From assembly GCA_018697035.1 (NCBI GenBank), contig JABHSE010000004.1, positions 63,122 through 127,121 of the forward strand: a stretch of DNA of 64,000 nucleotides, read 5' to 3'. The position numbers and the translations under genes were made by a program. The notes below the pieces were generated by a model. That model was not told where the DNA came from and made no database searches. It saw only the letters and a list, made by a program, of their open reading frames with translations. This DNA is from an archaeon. Lineage in GTDB: Archaea > Nanobdellota > Nanobdellia > Pacearchaeales > GW2011-AR1. Positions 1 through 9,356 of the stretch are shown one piece after another. Within the stretch, counting starts at the first letter, position 1; the number at the start of each line of letters is the position of its first letter.

Positions 1-397
1 CATCTCTAATCAAAAACTCCTTCGCCCCAAACAAATTACCAGTCAAAACAAACAAAACAAAAGCAGCCAATAAAGCAAACGGAATCTCATTCCAAATAGT
101 CTCATGTTTAAAACGGACATTTCCAATAACAGCAACGATACCCAATACCAACAAAACATTAGCAATATTACTCCCGATCACATTTCCAAAAGCAATTTCC
201 CCATTACCCGAAAACGCAGCCATCAGATTCACAACCAACTCCGGCAGACTCGTCCCAAAAGCAACAATGGTCAACCCAATAATCAAACTCGAAACACCAA
301 ATCGCTTAGCAATAGAAGAAGAAGAGTCCACTATCCAATTTGCACTCTTAGTCAACAAAATAATTCCTAAAACAAAAAATAAATAGACCATCACCAT
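1..397 (-). CDS. Ca2+/Na+ antiporter (CaCA/YrbG family), N-terminal part; the C-terminus runs off the window
   Basis: Absent from the ORF track because it is open to the window edge. My reverse translation from the ATG at 395-397 gives MVMVYLFFVLGIILLTKSANWIVDSSSSIAKRFGVSSLIIGLTIVAFGTSLPELVVNLMAA..., which contains the GTSLPE alpha-repeat signature of CaCA exchangers. Confidence 0.7.
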   Translation of the reverse strand, partial: MVMVYLFFVLGIILLTKSANWIVDSSSSIAKRFGVSSLIIGLTIVAFGTSLPELVVNLMAAFSGNGEIAFGNVIGSNIANVLLVLGIVAVIGNVRFKHETIWNEIPFALLAAFVLFVLTGNLFGAKEFLIRD

Positions 398-445
398 TAT
401 CATCCAATACAAAACCTATATAAAAGTTTAAGCATTAAAATAATC

Positions 446-670
446 ATGATAATCGGAATCGTCCTCGCCATCTCACTCGCAATAAACCTCACATCCCTCC
501 TAATCATAATCACAGCATCAACAGGTATCCTCCATGAAAACCTAATAACCGGCGCAGTCATCGGAACCACCCAAGCCGCATCTTACGCATTCCTAACACT
601 AATCATATCCCTAGTCGCAACATTCTTCATAATATCAATTCTAAAAAACAGAACTATCAGTCCCCAGTAA
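446..670 (+). CDS. small membrane protein, unknown function
   Basis: 74-aa ORF with two hydrophobic segments, in an otherwise uncovered gap. Confidence 0.4.
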   Translation: MIIGIVLAISLAINLTSLLIIITASTGILHENLITGAVIGTTQAASYAFLTLIISLVATFFIISILKNRTISPQ

Positions 671-1367
671 CACCTTCAACAACCTTCTCTAAAACCTCAC
701 GATTCAAAGACTCCTGGGTATCAGCCTTTCTTTTCCTTCTCTCATCAAGTGTATATTTAATCGCAGTAACAATACGCAAAAAAATAGGAATAGCTGCTCC
801 AACTCCAACTCCAAATATAACAAGAGCAATAATAGCAATAGCAATGCCCCAAGGCAAAACATAGTTCCAAAGAATATCCGCAAGACCAACAATAAGAGTA
901 GCAAAAGAAACAGTAGATTTTAAACCAATAATAATAGAAAACAATACAATTCCAAACAGCCGAGCCCAACTCATTTCAAAAAATACCCAATCCATACTTT
1001 TCCTATTAAGAAAAGGCAACCAACTAAACGTAGCATCAGCATTCAAAATAAAAACAACAACAAAGAATAACCAAACATAAAGATTGGCAACAAACAACCA
1101 AGTCAAAGAAGGCACCATTCCAAACACAACCTTCAGCCAAGAAGCATTATCCTCAAGCCACAGATTAATCTCAGTAATCCTCAGCTCAGCCTTCGTAACA
1201 AACGGATCATACTTCCCAAAATCAACCTTCCCCGACTCATCAAAAGGCAACTGCTCAACTACTCCCTCAATAGCCGCCATATCATCACCATCGATACCAG
1301 CACTAGGCTCAACAGCCGAAACGAACATCAATCCAAACAATAAAACCAAAAGCACAACTCTTTTCAT
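657..1367 (-). CDS. membrane protein with N-terminal signal/anchor, unknown function
   Basis: 236-aa ORF with a hydrophobic N-terminus (LLVLLFGLMFVSA) and several TM-like segments. Confidence 0.6.
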   Translation of the reverse strand: MKRVVLLVLLFGLMFVSAVEPSAGIDGDDMAAIEGVVEQLPFDESGKVDFGKYDPFVTKAELRITEINLWLEDNASWLKVVFGMVPSLTWLFVANLYVWLFFVVVFILNADATFSWLPFLNRKSMDWVFFEMSWARLFGIVLFSIIIGLKSTVSFATLIVGLADILWNYVLPWGIAIAIIALVIFGVGVGAAIPIFLRIVTAIKYTLDERRKRKADTQESLNREVLEKVVEGVTGD

Positions 1368-1437
1368 ATAACTACATATTATCCCGACTTTTAAATATTC
1401 TCAAAACTTATATAAACTAAATTCCATTCCACATAAC

Positions 1438-2049
1438 ATGAGAAAAGAAGTGACCCTGTTAATACTATTAACCCTTTTGATTCTACCAATAATCACAGCA
1501 GAAGAAATAATCCCAGAAGAACCTAAAGAAAAATTAAGTGCACTATTGGGAGGACTCAACGAAGAAACAGAAAATGTTCTAGAAAGACAAATAGATACAC
1601 CGATATTAACAGAAGTTATTAGCGGATTATTCAGATTATCCACTGAAGAAGTCACATGGATGAACCTAATGATACTCCTAGGAATGTCGTTCTTCCTTTT
1701 CCTTTTCCTGTCAGACGCACTCCAATTCACATCATTCAACGAACAAACATCACTAATAATTTCTATAAGCATGGTAATAATAATGAGCGCCATAGGAATA
1801 ACAAGACAAATCCTAATCTTCACGACAGGACTAACAGCCTCACTTAACTTCTTTAAAGAAATGGGAATGTTCGGAAAAGCTCTAACTCTATTAATCATAA
1901 TAGCAATATTCCTTTTCGCGCACTATCTAATTAGTATACAGAAAAGAAATGCCAAATTATTGGAAGCCAAAGAATTCGGAGAGAAAATACATCAATCAAA
2001 AAAGAATATAGAGGATTTCAGTGAAGAAATCCTAGAGTTAGGAAAATAA
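1438..2049 (+). CDS. membrane protein, unknown function
   Basis: 203-aa ORF with a signal-like N-terminus and multiple TM segments. Confidence 0.6.
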   Translation: MRKEVTLLILLTLLILPIITAEEIIPEEPKEKLSALLGGLNEETENVLERQIDTPILTEVISGLFRLSTEEVTWMNLMILLGMSFFLFLFLSDALQFTSFNEQTSLIISISMVIIMSAIGITRQILIFTTGLTASLNFFKEMGMFGKALTLLIIIAIFLFAHYLISIQKRNAKLLEAKEFGEKIHQSKKNIEDFSEEILELGK

Positions 2050-2079
2050 AAAAAATAAAAAAAATAAAAGTATTTATGT

Positions 2080-2682
2080 CTATTTCTTAGCGGCTCCTTC
2101 TACTATATCCGAAGCACCACTTAGTAATCCAAACCCCTTTCTCATATCAGAAGTCGCTTTATTAACCTCTTCCTGATCTTGTTGTGCCCTATGAACAGCC
2201 TTAAGTCCAGACCATCCAACTACAAAATTCATTACTACCGCGATTACTATAGCCCAGATTACTATAAGACCAATTCCAATAGCTCCTATGCTAGCAGTGA
2301 CACCAAACCACGCGACTATATTCTCAACAACCCTAGTAACACTTCCAATAATAGCCAATCCCAAAGCAATGACCCAAGAGACAGGTTCACTAAAAGAAGA
2401 AAACGCATTAATTATATCCGCGAGTGCTACCAATAGAATCAAGAAAACTGCTAATACTAAAATAAAAGATTCAGTACTATTCAAAGAATCGTCACCAAAT
2501 ACAATACTTGTCGGAGTTTCAAGCCATGTAGGAAGGCTAATTGGATGCTTATCCGCAGGTGCGCCAGCAGCAATAACATCAGTAGCAAGAATCCATTTCA
2601 ATGAAACACCACCAATAACCAATACAAATATGAAAATAAGTATACCTAATATAATTTTAGATTGCCTAGTTATATTACCCAT
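2080..2682 (-). CDS. membrane protein, unknown function
   Basis: 200-aa ORF with an N-terminal TM and hydrophobic core segments. Confidence 0.6.
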   Translation of the reverse strand: MGNITRQSKIILGILIFIFVLVIGGVSLKWILATDVIAAGAPADKHPISLPTWLETPTSIVFGDDSLNSTESFILVLAVFLILLVALADIINAFSSFSEPVSWVIALGLAIIGSVTRVVENIVAWFGVTASIGAIGIGLIVIWAIVIAVVMNFVVGWSGLKAVHRAQQDQEEVNKATSDMRKGFGLLSGASDIVEGAAKK

Positions 2683-2791
2683 TTTTATTCAAACCCCCTT
2701 TCACCTTTATCAATCATGCAAACAATAAGAGTAAATTCCTTATAAACATTCCGAAATCATTCCCAAAAAATTCACACTATAAAAGTAGTAA

Positions 2792-3514
2792 TCACATTCC
2801 CTTAATGATATGCTTAATCTGTTTCTCGAGCTGTTTCTTCTTCTTCTTATAATAACTCTCAGTAACATGTCCCTCTCTCTTATACTTCTCAAGATCAGTC
2901 AACTTCTTTTTTATCTCAGCGATAAAATCATTCTGGTTATCAGCATCCGTAGCCTTCAATCCCTGCTTAATAATCGCCCGCCTAATCGTCCCATCAAACA
3001 ACAAGAAAATCAACCCAGCCCCAGCACTAACTAAATAAATCCAAGCCAAGCTTCCAACATCATCATATCGCATTCCCCATATACCAATAAAAGTAACAAC
3101 ATAAAAAATCCAAAGCATCTTCCGAACGGTCGCACTATCATCAAACTTCTCAACAAAGGTAAAATAAATCAACAATGGCAAAGAAGCACTAACAGCAATC
3201 CCAAACACAGAATAAGGCAACAACATAGTCTTCAATAAACCCTCTCCAACCAAAAACCTAGTAGATAACAATGAAACCGAAACCGAAACAATCCAAATAA
3301 TATACGCATTATCTTCAAACACATCCATCTTAGAAATTACAATATAAACAACGGCAAAAATAATAACCAAAAACAAAACCCTCTCAAACAACATATCACT
3401 AGTCCCGCCAAGAAGAGCGGAAAAAAACGGGAACAATAATCTCTCTCCAGCCTCAATCAACTGTTCCATACCCTGACCAAGTCCAGAAGCAAGATCAACC
3501 ATAAACAACACCAA
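2792..3514 (-). CDS. polytopic membrane protein, paralog of 3567..4364
   Basis: Shares colinear motifs with its neighbour (LLPYS.(F/L)GI, FDGTI(R/Q)R.I(I/S)K) and a K-rich C-terminal tail. Confidence 0.65.
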   Translation of the reverse strand: MVLFMVDLASGLGQGMEQLIEAGERLLFPFFSALLGGTSDMLFERVLFLVIIFAVVYIVISKMDVFEDNAYIIWIVSVSVSLLSTRFLVGEGLLKTMLLPYSVFGIAVSASLPLLIYFTFVEKFDDSATVRKMLWIFYVVTFIGIWGMRYDDVGSLAWIYLVSAGAGLIFLLFDGTIRRAIIKQGLKATDADNQNDFIAEIKKKLTDLEKYKREGHVTESYYKKKKKQLEKQIKHIIKGM

Positions 3515-3566
3515 CCAATTTTCTCATATTGAATAAAGAGAATGGAACTTTATAAAGTTTTCAGAA

Positions 3567-4364
3567 TTATTTAGTTTTTTGAAGATGCTGAATTTTCTTT
3601 CTAGCAGCCTTAACTCTTGTTTCGTGCTGAGCTTCATCTATAGTACCATCGGCATAGTCACTATCGGCATTCTTGATTGTTCTACGTTGAGCATCAAGTA
3701 GAGACCTATTTGAACCAACACGGAGTCTCTCCATTTTTGCCTTACTTATAATTCTTTGAATAGTCCCATCAAACATCAAGACCAAAAGACCTAGTCCAGC
3801 AGTAACAAGGTAAATATATGCAAAGCTTCCAACTCCTCCCGCAACACTAGTAGGAGCACCACTTCTCATAAACCATAATCCTATAAATATAACAATGAAA
3901 AAAGTCCAAGATATTTTTCTAAGTGTAGTTGCAAAGTCTTTTACAATAATAAAATACAGAATAAAAGGAATTCCAGCCGTTAGAGTAATTCCAAGAGCAG
4001 AATATGGTAAGAGTACAGTATTAATTATTTCTAGATTTCCAAACCACCTAATTGCCAATATAGAAACACCCGTACTTACCGTCCATAATATCCACGCAGT
4101 CTCTTCAAAGAATTTAATATTTTCAAGGGCTTTCCACACAACAGAGAATATAATTATCAAAAATAAAACTTTCGCCAATATAATATCAGAACCAGTATTT
4201 ACCCCACTATTAAGATCTCCAAAAATTAAACCCAAAACAGGTTCAAGTATCTTATAGCTTTCTTCCATAAAACTCTTTATATTTTCAGCCGGCCCAGCCG
4301 AGACAATCCCCATCATAGAAAACAAAAAAATCCCCATAACCAAAAACCCGAACATCTTTTTCAT
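3567..4364 (-). CDS. polytopic membrane protein, paralog of 2792..3514
   Basis: Signal peptide plus the same motif order as 2792..3514. Confidence 0.65.
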   Translation of the reverse strand: MKKMFGFLVMGIFLFSMMGIVSAGPAENIKSFMEESYKILEPVLGLIFGDLNSGVNTGSDIILAKVLFLIIIFSVVWKALENIKFFEETAWILWTVSTGVSILAIRWFGNLEIINTVLLPYSALGITLTAGIPFILYFIIVKDFATTLRKISWTFFIVIFIGLWFMRSGAPTSVAGGVGSFAYIYLVTAGLGLLVLMFDGTIQRIISKAKMERLRVGSNRSLLDAQRRTIKNADSDYADGTIDEAQHETRVKAARKKIQHLQKTK

Positions 4365-4403
4365 AACTATTACAGAGTATTATTCTTTATAAATTTAATC
4401 ACT

Positions 4404-4688
4404 CTACCCCTTCCGATACCCAACAACCTTCCGCTTCTTCCCAACACCCTCATAAATCGGAATCTCATCCTCACCACCTTTAACACTCTTCTTCCCAACA
4501 TTTCCCCTCTCCAACGACATCACAACACCAACAACAACCAAAACAATACCAGCTCCAGCAATATAATTCCCAGCAACACCATCTAAAAAGGCCACCTCAA
4601 ACGGAATCATACCAAAGCCAACAGCCATGACAACAATTCCCAAGACCGAAACGACATAACCAACCACCTTCTCTACCATATCAATCAT
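4404..4688 (-). CDS. small membrane protein (start trimmed to internal MIDMVEK)
   Basis: The track ORF 4404..4955 has an implausible R/L-rich N-terminal extension that overlaps the divergent ORF 4760..4945. An ATG at 4686-4688 is followed by two TM segments. Confidence 0.5.
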   Translation of the reverse strand: MIDMVEKVVGYVVSVLGIVVMAVGFGMIPFEVAFLDGVAGNYIAGAGIVLVVVGVVMSLERGNVGKKSVKGGEDEIPIYEGVGKKRKVVGYRKG

Positions 4689-4759
4689 AGTCACCACTTC
4701 TTTATAAAAATATCCATTCACCCCAACAAAACTTATAAAAGAAAATACCATAGAATCAC

Positions 4760-4945
4760 ATGAATAAATACCTAGAAATACTAATTGGATTAGTTTTCCT
4801 ATCAGTCCCAATCTACACTTGGATAACAAACTGGAGCAACTTCGGAACAGCTGCAACACTATTCCTAAAAGGCGGACTCGTATGGGCATTACTTGGAATC
4901 GGCGCAATATTCTTAATAATCGGCCTAAGCGATCTAAAAGATTAG
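4760..4945 (+). CDS. small membrane protein
   Basis: 61-aa ORF with two clear TM helices. Confidence 0.5.
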   Translation: MNKYLEILIGLVFLSVPIYTWITNWSNFGTAATLFLKGGLVWALLGIGAIFLIIGLSDLKD

Positions 4946-5042
4946 ACAACCACAATAATTCCTTTAAACCTTAAACCACCTAGCCACGCATGTATATCGA
5001 GCATAGCGGACTGAATCAAGGGAAGTTGAACTTCAAGAAACC

Positions 5043-5049
5043 GGAGGTG
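5043..5049 (+). promoter_or_regulatory. Shine-Dalgarno-like GGAGGTG upstream of the Nre-like gene
   Basis: GGAGGTG lies 7 nt before the ATG at 5057. Confidence 0.4.
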
Positions 5050-5056
5050 TCTTAAG

Positions 5057-6253
5057 ATGGACAATCTATGCATACGTTGTAAGGGAAAAGGTCTATGTGG
5101 TCACTCATGCAGAATCTTAGCCAAATTCAAAGACAACGCCCCGAAACCAAAACTTCACTTCTCAGGAAAATCAGCCCCAGAACTTTTCGTCGGAAGAATA
5201 GGCTATCCCTACATCAACGCCGGAATTCTAACACCCCAAGACAACGACAATATATCAAACTTCCCAAGTGCCGAAGAATGGTCAAAACAAAACTTCTCCA
5301 TATCAAACGTCTTAAGACTCCGAGGTCAACTAATCTACGGCAAAGCCCAAACTCACATAAAAATCAACGACAAAATAAAACAAGTCACCCAAGAACTAGC
5401 TTTATCTTCAAAACCAGTCTCAACCGAAATCTTCCTAAAGAAAAAACCAACCATGCAATTCACAGTAGATAAAGTCTTCCAACCCATGACAAATCCAGCA
5501 CCATTAGTAAAAGCAATCCTAGAAGAAAATCCCTTCGTTCCAAAAAAAGTCGACTATCTAATCAACGACACCGACGCAAAATCAGTAGACGTAATAAACG
5601 AACTCTATAAATCAAACACAAAAATAGATCATCTCCAAAAATTATTATCAATCGGATTATTAGGAAAAAAAGCCGCAAGACGAATGGTTCCAACGAGATG
5701 GAGCATAACAGCAACAGACGACACAATCTCAAAAGAACACCTCAAAAAAATCAGATACTTGCCCCACACAAACCAAATAACATTATACTCAGGCAACTTC
5801 CTCGGCAACTACATCGAAGCCCTAATCCTCCCCGGCCCATTCGCATTCGAAGCAATCGAAGCCTGGCAAGCAGGCGCAACATATTCCGGAACCGAAACAG
5901 AAATTTCCCAAGACCACGAAGGCTTTAACGGAAGAAAAAAATATGCATTCAACGTAACCGGCGGCTACTACGCAATGCGTCTCCCCTTAACAGAACACCT
6001 AATAAAAATAAAACGTCAAGCCTCAGTCTTAATGTTCAGAGAAATCCGCCCAGAATACTACGCCCCCCTTGGAGTCGGAATTGTAAGAGAAACAGCAAAA
6101 CGAACATTTCAGGAAAAACCAAAATATTTCGACACAATCAAAGATGCATTACAAGACATTAGCGAAAGAATAGAGACTCCAATAGAAACCATAAAACAAA
6201 AATCCTGGCTTCTAAATAATTACGGCAAACAAAAATCAATCTTCGACTTCTAA
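5057..6253 (+). CDS. archaeal Nre-family DNA repair protein (DUF650/DUF651-like)
   Basis: N-terminal C.RCKGKGLCGHSC cysteine cluster and a length near 400 aa, typical of archaeal NreA/NreB as I recall the family. Confidence 0.6.
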   Translation: MDNLCIRCKGKGLCGHSCRILAKFKDNAPKPKLHFSGKSAPELFVGRIGYPYINAGILTPQDNDNISNFPSAEEWSKQNFSISNVLRLRGQLIYGKAQTHIKINDKIKQVTQELALSSKPVSTEIFLKKKPTMQFTVDKVFQPMTNPAPLVKAILEENPFVPKKVDYLINDTDAKSVDVINELYKSNTKIDHLQKLLSIGLLGKKAARRMVPTRWSITATDDTISKEHLKKIRYLPHTNQITLYSGNFLGNYIEALILPGPFAFEAIEAWQAGATYSGTETEISQDHEGFNGRKKYAFNVTGGYYAMRLPLTEHLIKIKRQASVLMFREIRPEYYAPLGVGIVRETAKRTFQEKPKYFDTIKDALQDISERIETPIETIKQKSWLLNNYGKQKSIFDF

Positions 6254-6552
6254 ACCCCAACAACCCCTAGCCTCCTCATCCCATAATCAAATCCAATATA
6301 TTCAAAATTCCTATCCTCAATAGCTTCCTCCAACTCACTTCTCTCCTCAAAATTATCCCCAATAACCTTATAGTATTTACACTCAAGATTCTTCATAATC
6401 CCAGAAACAACATTATTCCTATCAACACAAAACTTCTTCCCACAAATCGAAAACTCATAACCAACAATATCTTCCCCTCTCTTAACAGAACAATTAAGTT
6501 CAATTCTCCCCATACAAAAACCAAGCATCATTTCTTTATATATTTTTAGCAA
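6250..6552 (-). CDS. hypothetical protein
   Basis: 100-aa ORF that fills the gap; no recognisable motif. Confidence 0.45.
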   Translation of the reverse strand: MLKIYKEMMLGFCMGRIELNCSVKRGEDIVGYEFSICGKKFCVDRNNVVSGIMKNLECKYYKVIGDNFEERSELEEAIEDRNFEYIGFDYGMRRLGVVGV

Positions 6553-6561
6553 TAATTATAC

Positions 6562-7155
6562 TCAAAAAGAGAATCCAATCAAAACACCCTCAATAATCCC
6601 AGCCACAACCAACAATGGAACCACGACAAAAACAAAAAACCGCAACCCTTCCCGAAACACATAACCCATTCCCTTATTCTTGTCTCCTAACCCCCAACTC
6701 CTAACCCCCAACCAAGAAGTACCCAGTCGCAACCCCATCCCAATCGAAAAAATAATAGCCGGCAACTCAAAAACTCCATGCGGAAAAATCCTCCACATCA
6801 CAAAAATCCCATCCACCGTCACAGCCTCCCTTGCAACAAACCCAAGCAAATACCCATTAATAACACAAGTAATCATCGGCAAAACTCCAAGTCCAATTCC
6901 CAAAACAAATGCCATAAAACTAGCAGTCAAATTATTTAAAAAAATAAACCCAATCAATTCTATAGTGCCTAAACCCTCAATCTCCAAAATCAGCTTCTCA
7001 ATCATCTCAAAGATCTCTGCCCTAAAAAAAACAGGGAAAGCAAACCCAATCAAAAACATCAAAGCAAAAAGCCCAAACGCAAAAACAAAAAACCACCGAC
7101 ACTCAATAGCAAACTTCCAACACTTATTATAATTGTTAACAAAAAAATCCTTCAC
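6562..7155 (-). CDS. SpoIIM-like membrane protein (DUF95)
   Basis: Multi-TM protein with the FPHGVFELPA motif characteristic of the SpoIIM/DUF95 family. Confidence 0.7.
   Translation of the reverse strand: MKDFFVNNYNKCWKFAIECRWFFVFAFGLFALMFLIGFAFPVFFRAEIFEMIEKLILEIEGLGTIELIGFIFLNNLTASFMAFVLGIGLGVLPMITCVINGYLLGFVAREAVTVDGIFVMWRIFPHGVFELPAIIFSIGMGLRLGTSWLGVRSWGLGDKNKGMGYVFREGLRFFVFVVVPLLVVAGIIEGVLIGFSF
6689..6714 (-). repeat. F2 G-rich in-frame repeat copy in the SpoIIM-like gene
   Basis: aacccccaactcctaacccccaacca is read as WLGVRSWG, a different frame from the copy at 18679-18704. Confidence 0.8.
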
Positions 7156-7559
7156 TTAGACATCCCCCTATTCAAAAACTCCCCAACCCATCCACATCCA
7201 ACACCCAAAACCTTCTGCTCATATCGAACCCCCATCCCACAAACCTTCTCAATCTTTTTATTCATCTCACTAAAAGTATAAAGCACAACCTTCACCCCCT
7301 CAAGCAACCCTCTACTATTCAACCTATCAATAATTTCAATACCAAGGTTATCCTCAACAGAACCAGGCTCCATCTCATATCTAGGAAATTGATTATCAAA
7401 AATCATCCCATAAATATTTTCCTTATTCGCTTTAGAATGTTTCTGCAAAAAAGTATTCCAAGCAACGAAACTAACAGGCTCAAACCCACACCTAGCAACA
7501 GCTCTCTCAAGATTCTTCCGATAAGTTTTATCATCTTCAAGTATCCAAACATCCTTCAT
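7152..7559 (-). CDS. hypothetical protein, possibly CheY-like receiver fold
   Basis: Begins VWILEDD; alternating beta/alpha-like pattern; weak call. Confidence 0.35.
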   Translation of the reverse strand: MKDVWILEDDKTYRKNLERAVARCGFEPVSFVAWNTFLQKHSKANKENIYGMIFDNQFPRYEMEPGSVEDNLGIEIIDRLNSRGLLEGVKVVLYTFSEMNKKIEKVCGMGVRYEQKVLGVGCGWVGEFLNRGMSK

Positions 7560-7598
7560 AAAATAACATAGAGTACAACCTTTATCAATCTTACCGCC

Positions 7599-7675
7599 AA
7601 GCTCCGCGCGTAAGCGCTACCTTCGGAGCTTTAGTGATAACCACCGGCACTAGCCAACCACCCACCAGCGAAGCG
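7599..7675. repeat. GC-rich intergenic element (family F3): nested hairpin plus CCACCCACCAGCGAAGCG block
   Basis: 8-bp stem AAGCTCCG/CGGAGCTT (7599-7631) encloses CGC-GTAA-GCG. The 18-mer at 7658-7675 matches 39102-39119 at 17 of 18 positions. Confidence 0.6.
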
Positions 7676-7689
7676 TCCAGATATTTTTC

Positions 7690-8361
7690 TCAACGAGCAA
7701 AATATTTAGATATCATAGCAGTCTTCCTCGGAAACCGCCTCTTCAAATAAAACCCATATCCAAGCCCCACAATCAATCCGCCAAGATGTGCAGTATTACC
7801 AATCGGCAATCCAAGTCCAAGCGACAAAGCCCAAAGCCCAAACATTAAGAAACCCATCGCAGCCCACATCGGCATCGGAATCACAAAGAAAACCAAAACA
7901 GGAAGCCGCGGAGTCAAAACCGCAAGCAAGCCACCTAAAGCAAATATCGCACCACTCGCACCGACGGCATAAACATTCAAATCACTACCAGTCGCCAAAG
8001 CAATCAAAACAAAAAACAACCCAGCAAAAAGACCCCCAATAAAATACAAAGAAATAAACCGCTTCTTCCCAATCAACTTCTCAACAAAACTCCCAATAAA
8101 CATAAGGGAAACCATATTCACAAACAAATGCCCAATCCCAGCGTGCATAAACATACTCGTCAAAAAAGTCCAAACACCCCTCCCCTCCAAAATCATAGCA
8201 GGCATCAAAGCAATCCAAGAAACAATAAGGTCATCGCCAAAAAATCCCATCAAAATAAGAACACCAATAAACACGGCAACGTTTGCCGCAATCAAAGCAC
8301 TAGTATACGACAGATTCGAATCAAATCCTCCTCTTCTACGAGTCCCAATAGAATGATTCAT
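7690..8361 (-). CDS. rhomboid family intramembrane serine protease
   Basis: GASGAIFALGG (GxSG) and downstream HLGGLIVG histidine motif in a 6-TM protein. Confidence 0.85.
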   Translation of the reverse strand: MNHSIGTRRRGGFDSNLSYTSALIAANVAVFIGVLILMGFFGDDLIVSWIALMPAMILEGRGVWTFLTSMFMHAGIGHLFVNMVSLMFIGSFVEKLIGKKRFISLYFIGGLFAGLFFVLIALATGSDLNVYAVGASGAIFALGGLLAVLTPRLPVLVFFVIPMPMWAAMGFLMFGLWALSLGLGLPIGNTAHLGGLIVGLGYGFYLKRRFPRKTAMISKYFAR

Positions 8362-9254
8362 TATTTTCTCCCAGCAATTTTCTTTTTCAATTTACTAGCC
8401 AGACTAACCTTCTTTTTAACCACCTTCTTAACCTTCTTCTTGCCCGATGAAGCTGGAACCTTAGTTCCCTTTTTAGAGGGTATACTTTTACGTGTAACAG
8501 TAACCTTCTTCTTGACCTTCTTCACGACTTTCTTAACCTTCTTAACCTTCTTCTCAACCTTCTTCTTAACCTTCTTCACGACTTTCCCAGCAGCTTTCGC
8601 CTTAGCCTCCGCCACCTTCTTCCTTGCCGCAGCACGAATAATCTTCATCAATTCCTTCCTCTTAGCCTCCTCTTTATCCAACTTATTAGAAGCCCTCTTC
8701 CTAGCTATCTTCTTTTTCTTCTGAACAATTTCAAGCTCCTTTCTAATCATATCTACATTCCTATTTGTCCGAGTAATCCAGGTCTTAGCCTCACGTATCG
8801 GTCGACTATTATCACTCAATTCATAAATATCCGCACACTCTTCACAACTAAACCCATTCTCTAATGCCTTCTCCTCACTAACTTCAATATCACAGCTCTT
8901 ACAAACATAAAACCGCTTCGTTTCCCGACTATTCAAAACCCCCTCAAAATTAGCAATCTTCTTCATCAAAGAATTCTCCAACTTCATCAGACACTTCTCT
9001 GTATTCAATGTCCAATAATAAATATACCAACCCTTCCGCTTATCCTTCTTCCTAATAAACGAAACCAGATTATCAGCCGACAACTTATACAAAATATTCC
9101 GAACCTGATTGATCGTCAACTCCATCTTCTTCGCAATCAAAAACTCATTAACATCTTTCTTCTTAAACAAAATCTCCGCAATTCTCCCAGTATTCTCTCC
9201 GGCCATCTCTTCAATTAAATCGTGCAAAAGTTTAACCTGTAACATTACCATCAA
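8361..9254 (-). CDS. tfe: transcription factor E (TFE alpha) with long Lys-rich C-terminal tail
   Basis: N-terminal winged helix (INQVRNILYKL...), Zn-ribbon CKSC...CEEC, then a KKV-repeat tail. Confidence 0.8.
   Translation of the reverse strand: MMVMLQVKLLHDLIEEMAGENTGRIAEILFKKKDVNEFLIAKKMELTINQVRNILYKLSADNLVSFIRKKDKRKGWYIYYWTLNTEKCLMKLENSLMKKIANFEGVLNSRETKRFYVCKSCDIEVSEEKALENGFSCEECADIYELSDNSRPIREAKTWITRTNRNVDMIRKELEIVQKKKKIARKRASNKLDKEEAKRKELMKIIRAAARKKVAEAKAKAAGKVVKKVKKKVEKKVKKVKKVVKKVKKKVTVTRKSIPSKKGTKVPASSGKKKVKKVVKKKVSLASKLKKKIAGRK
8440..8495 (-). repeat. F1 in-frame repeat copy within the tfe tail
   Basis: ttgcccgatgaagctggaaccttagttccctttttagagggtatacttttacgtgt, translated as TRKSIPSKKGTKVPASSGK. 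Confidence 0.85.
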
Positions 9255-9356
9255 AATAAATTTTCTTTTATATACCTTTCTCTATCTCCCTCGACAAAAT
9301 GTAGTCATTATAAAATTACTATAAACCTATAAAAAGAAATTAAGGCAAGTCATAAT

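Noticed and set aside
4689-4955. N-terminal 89 aa of track ORF 4404..4955
   Set aside because: The sequence is R/L-rich and implausible, and it overlaps a convincing divergent membrane ORF (4760-4945). An internal ATG gives a coherent two-TM protein.
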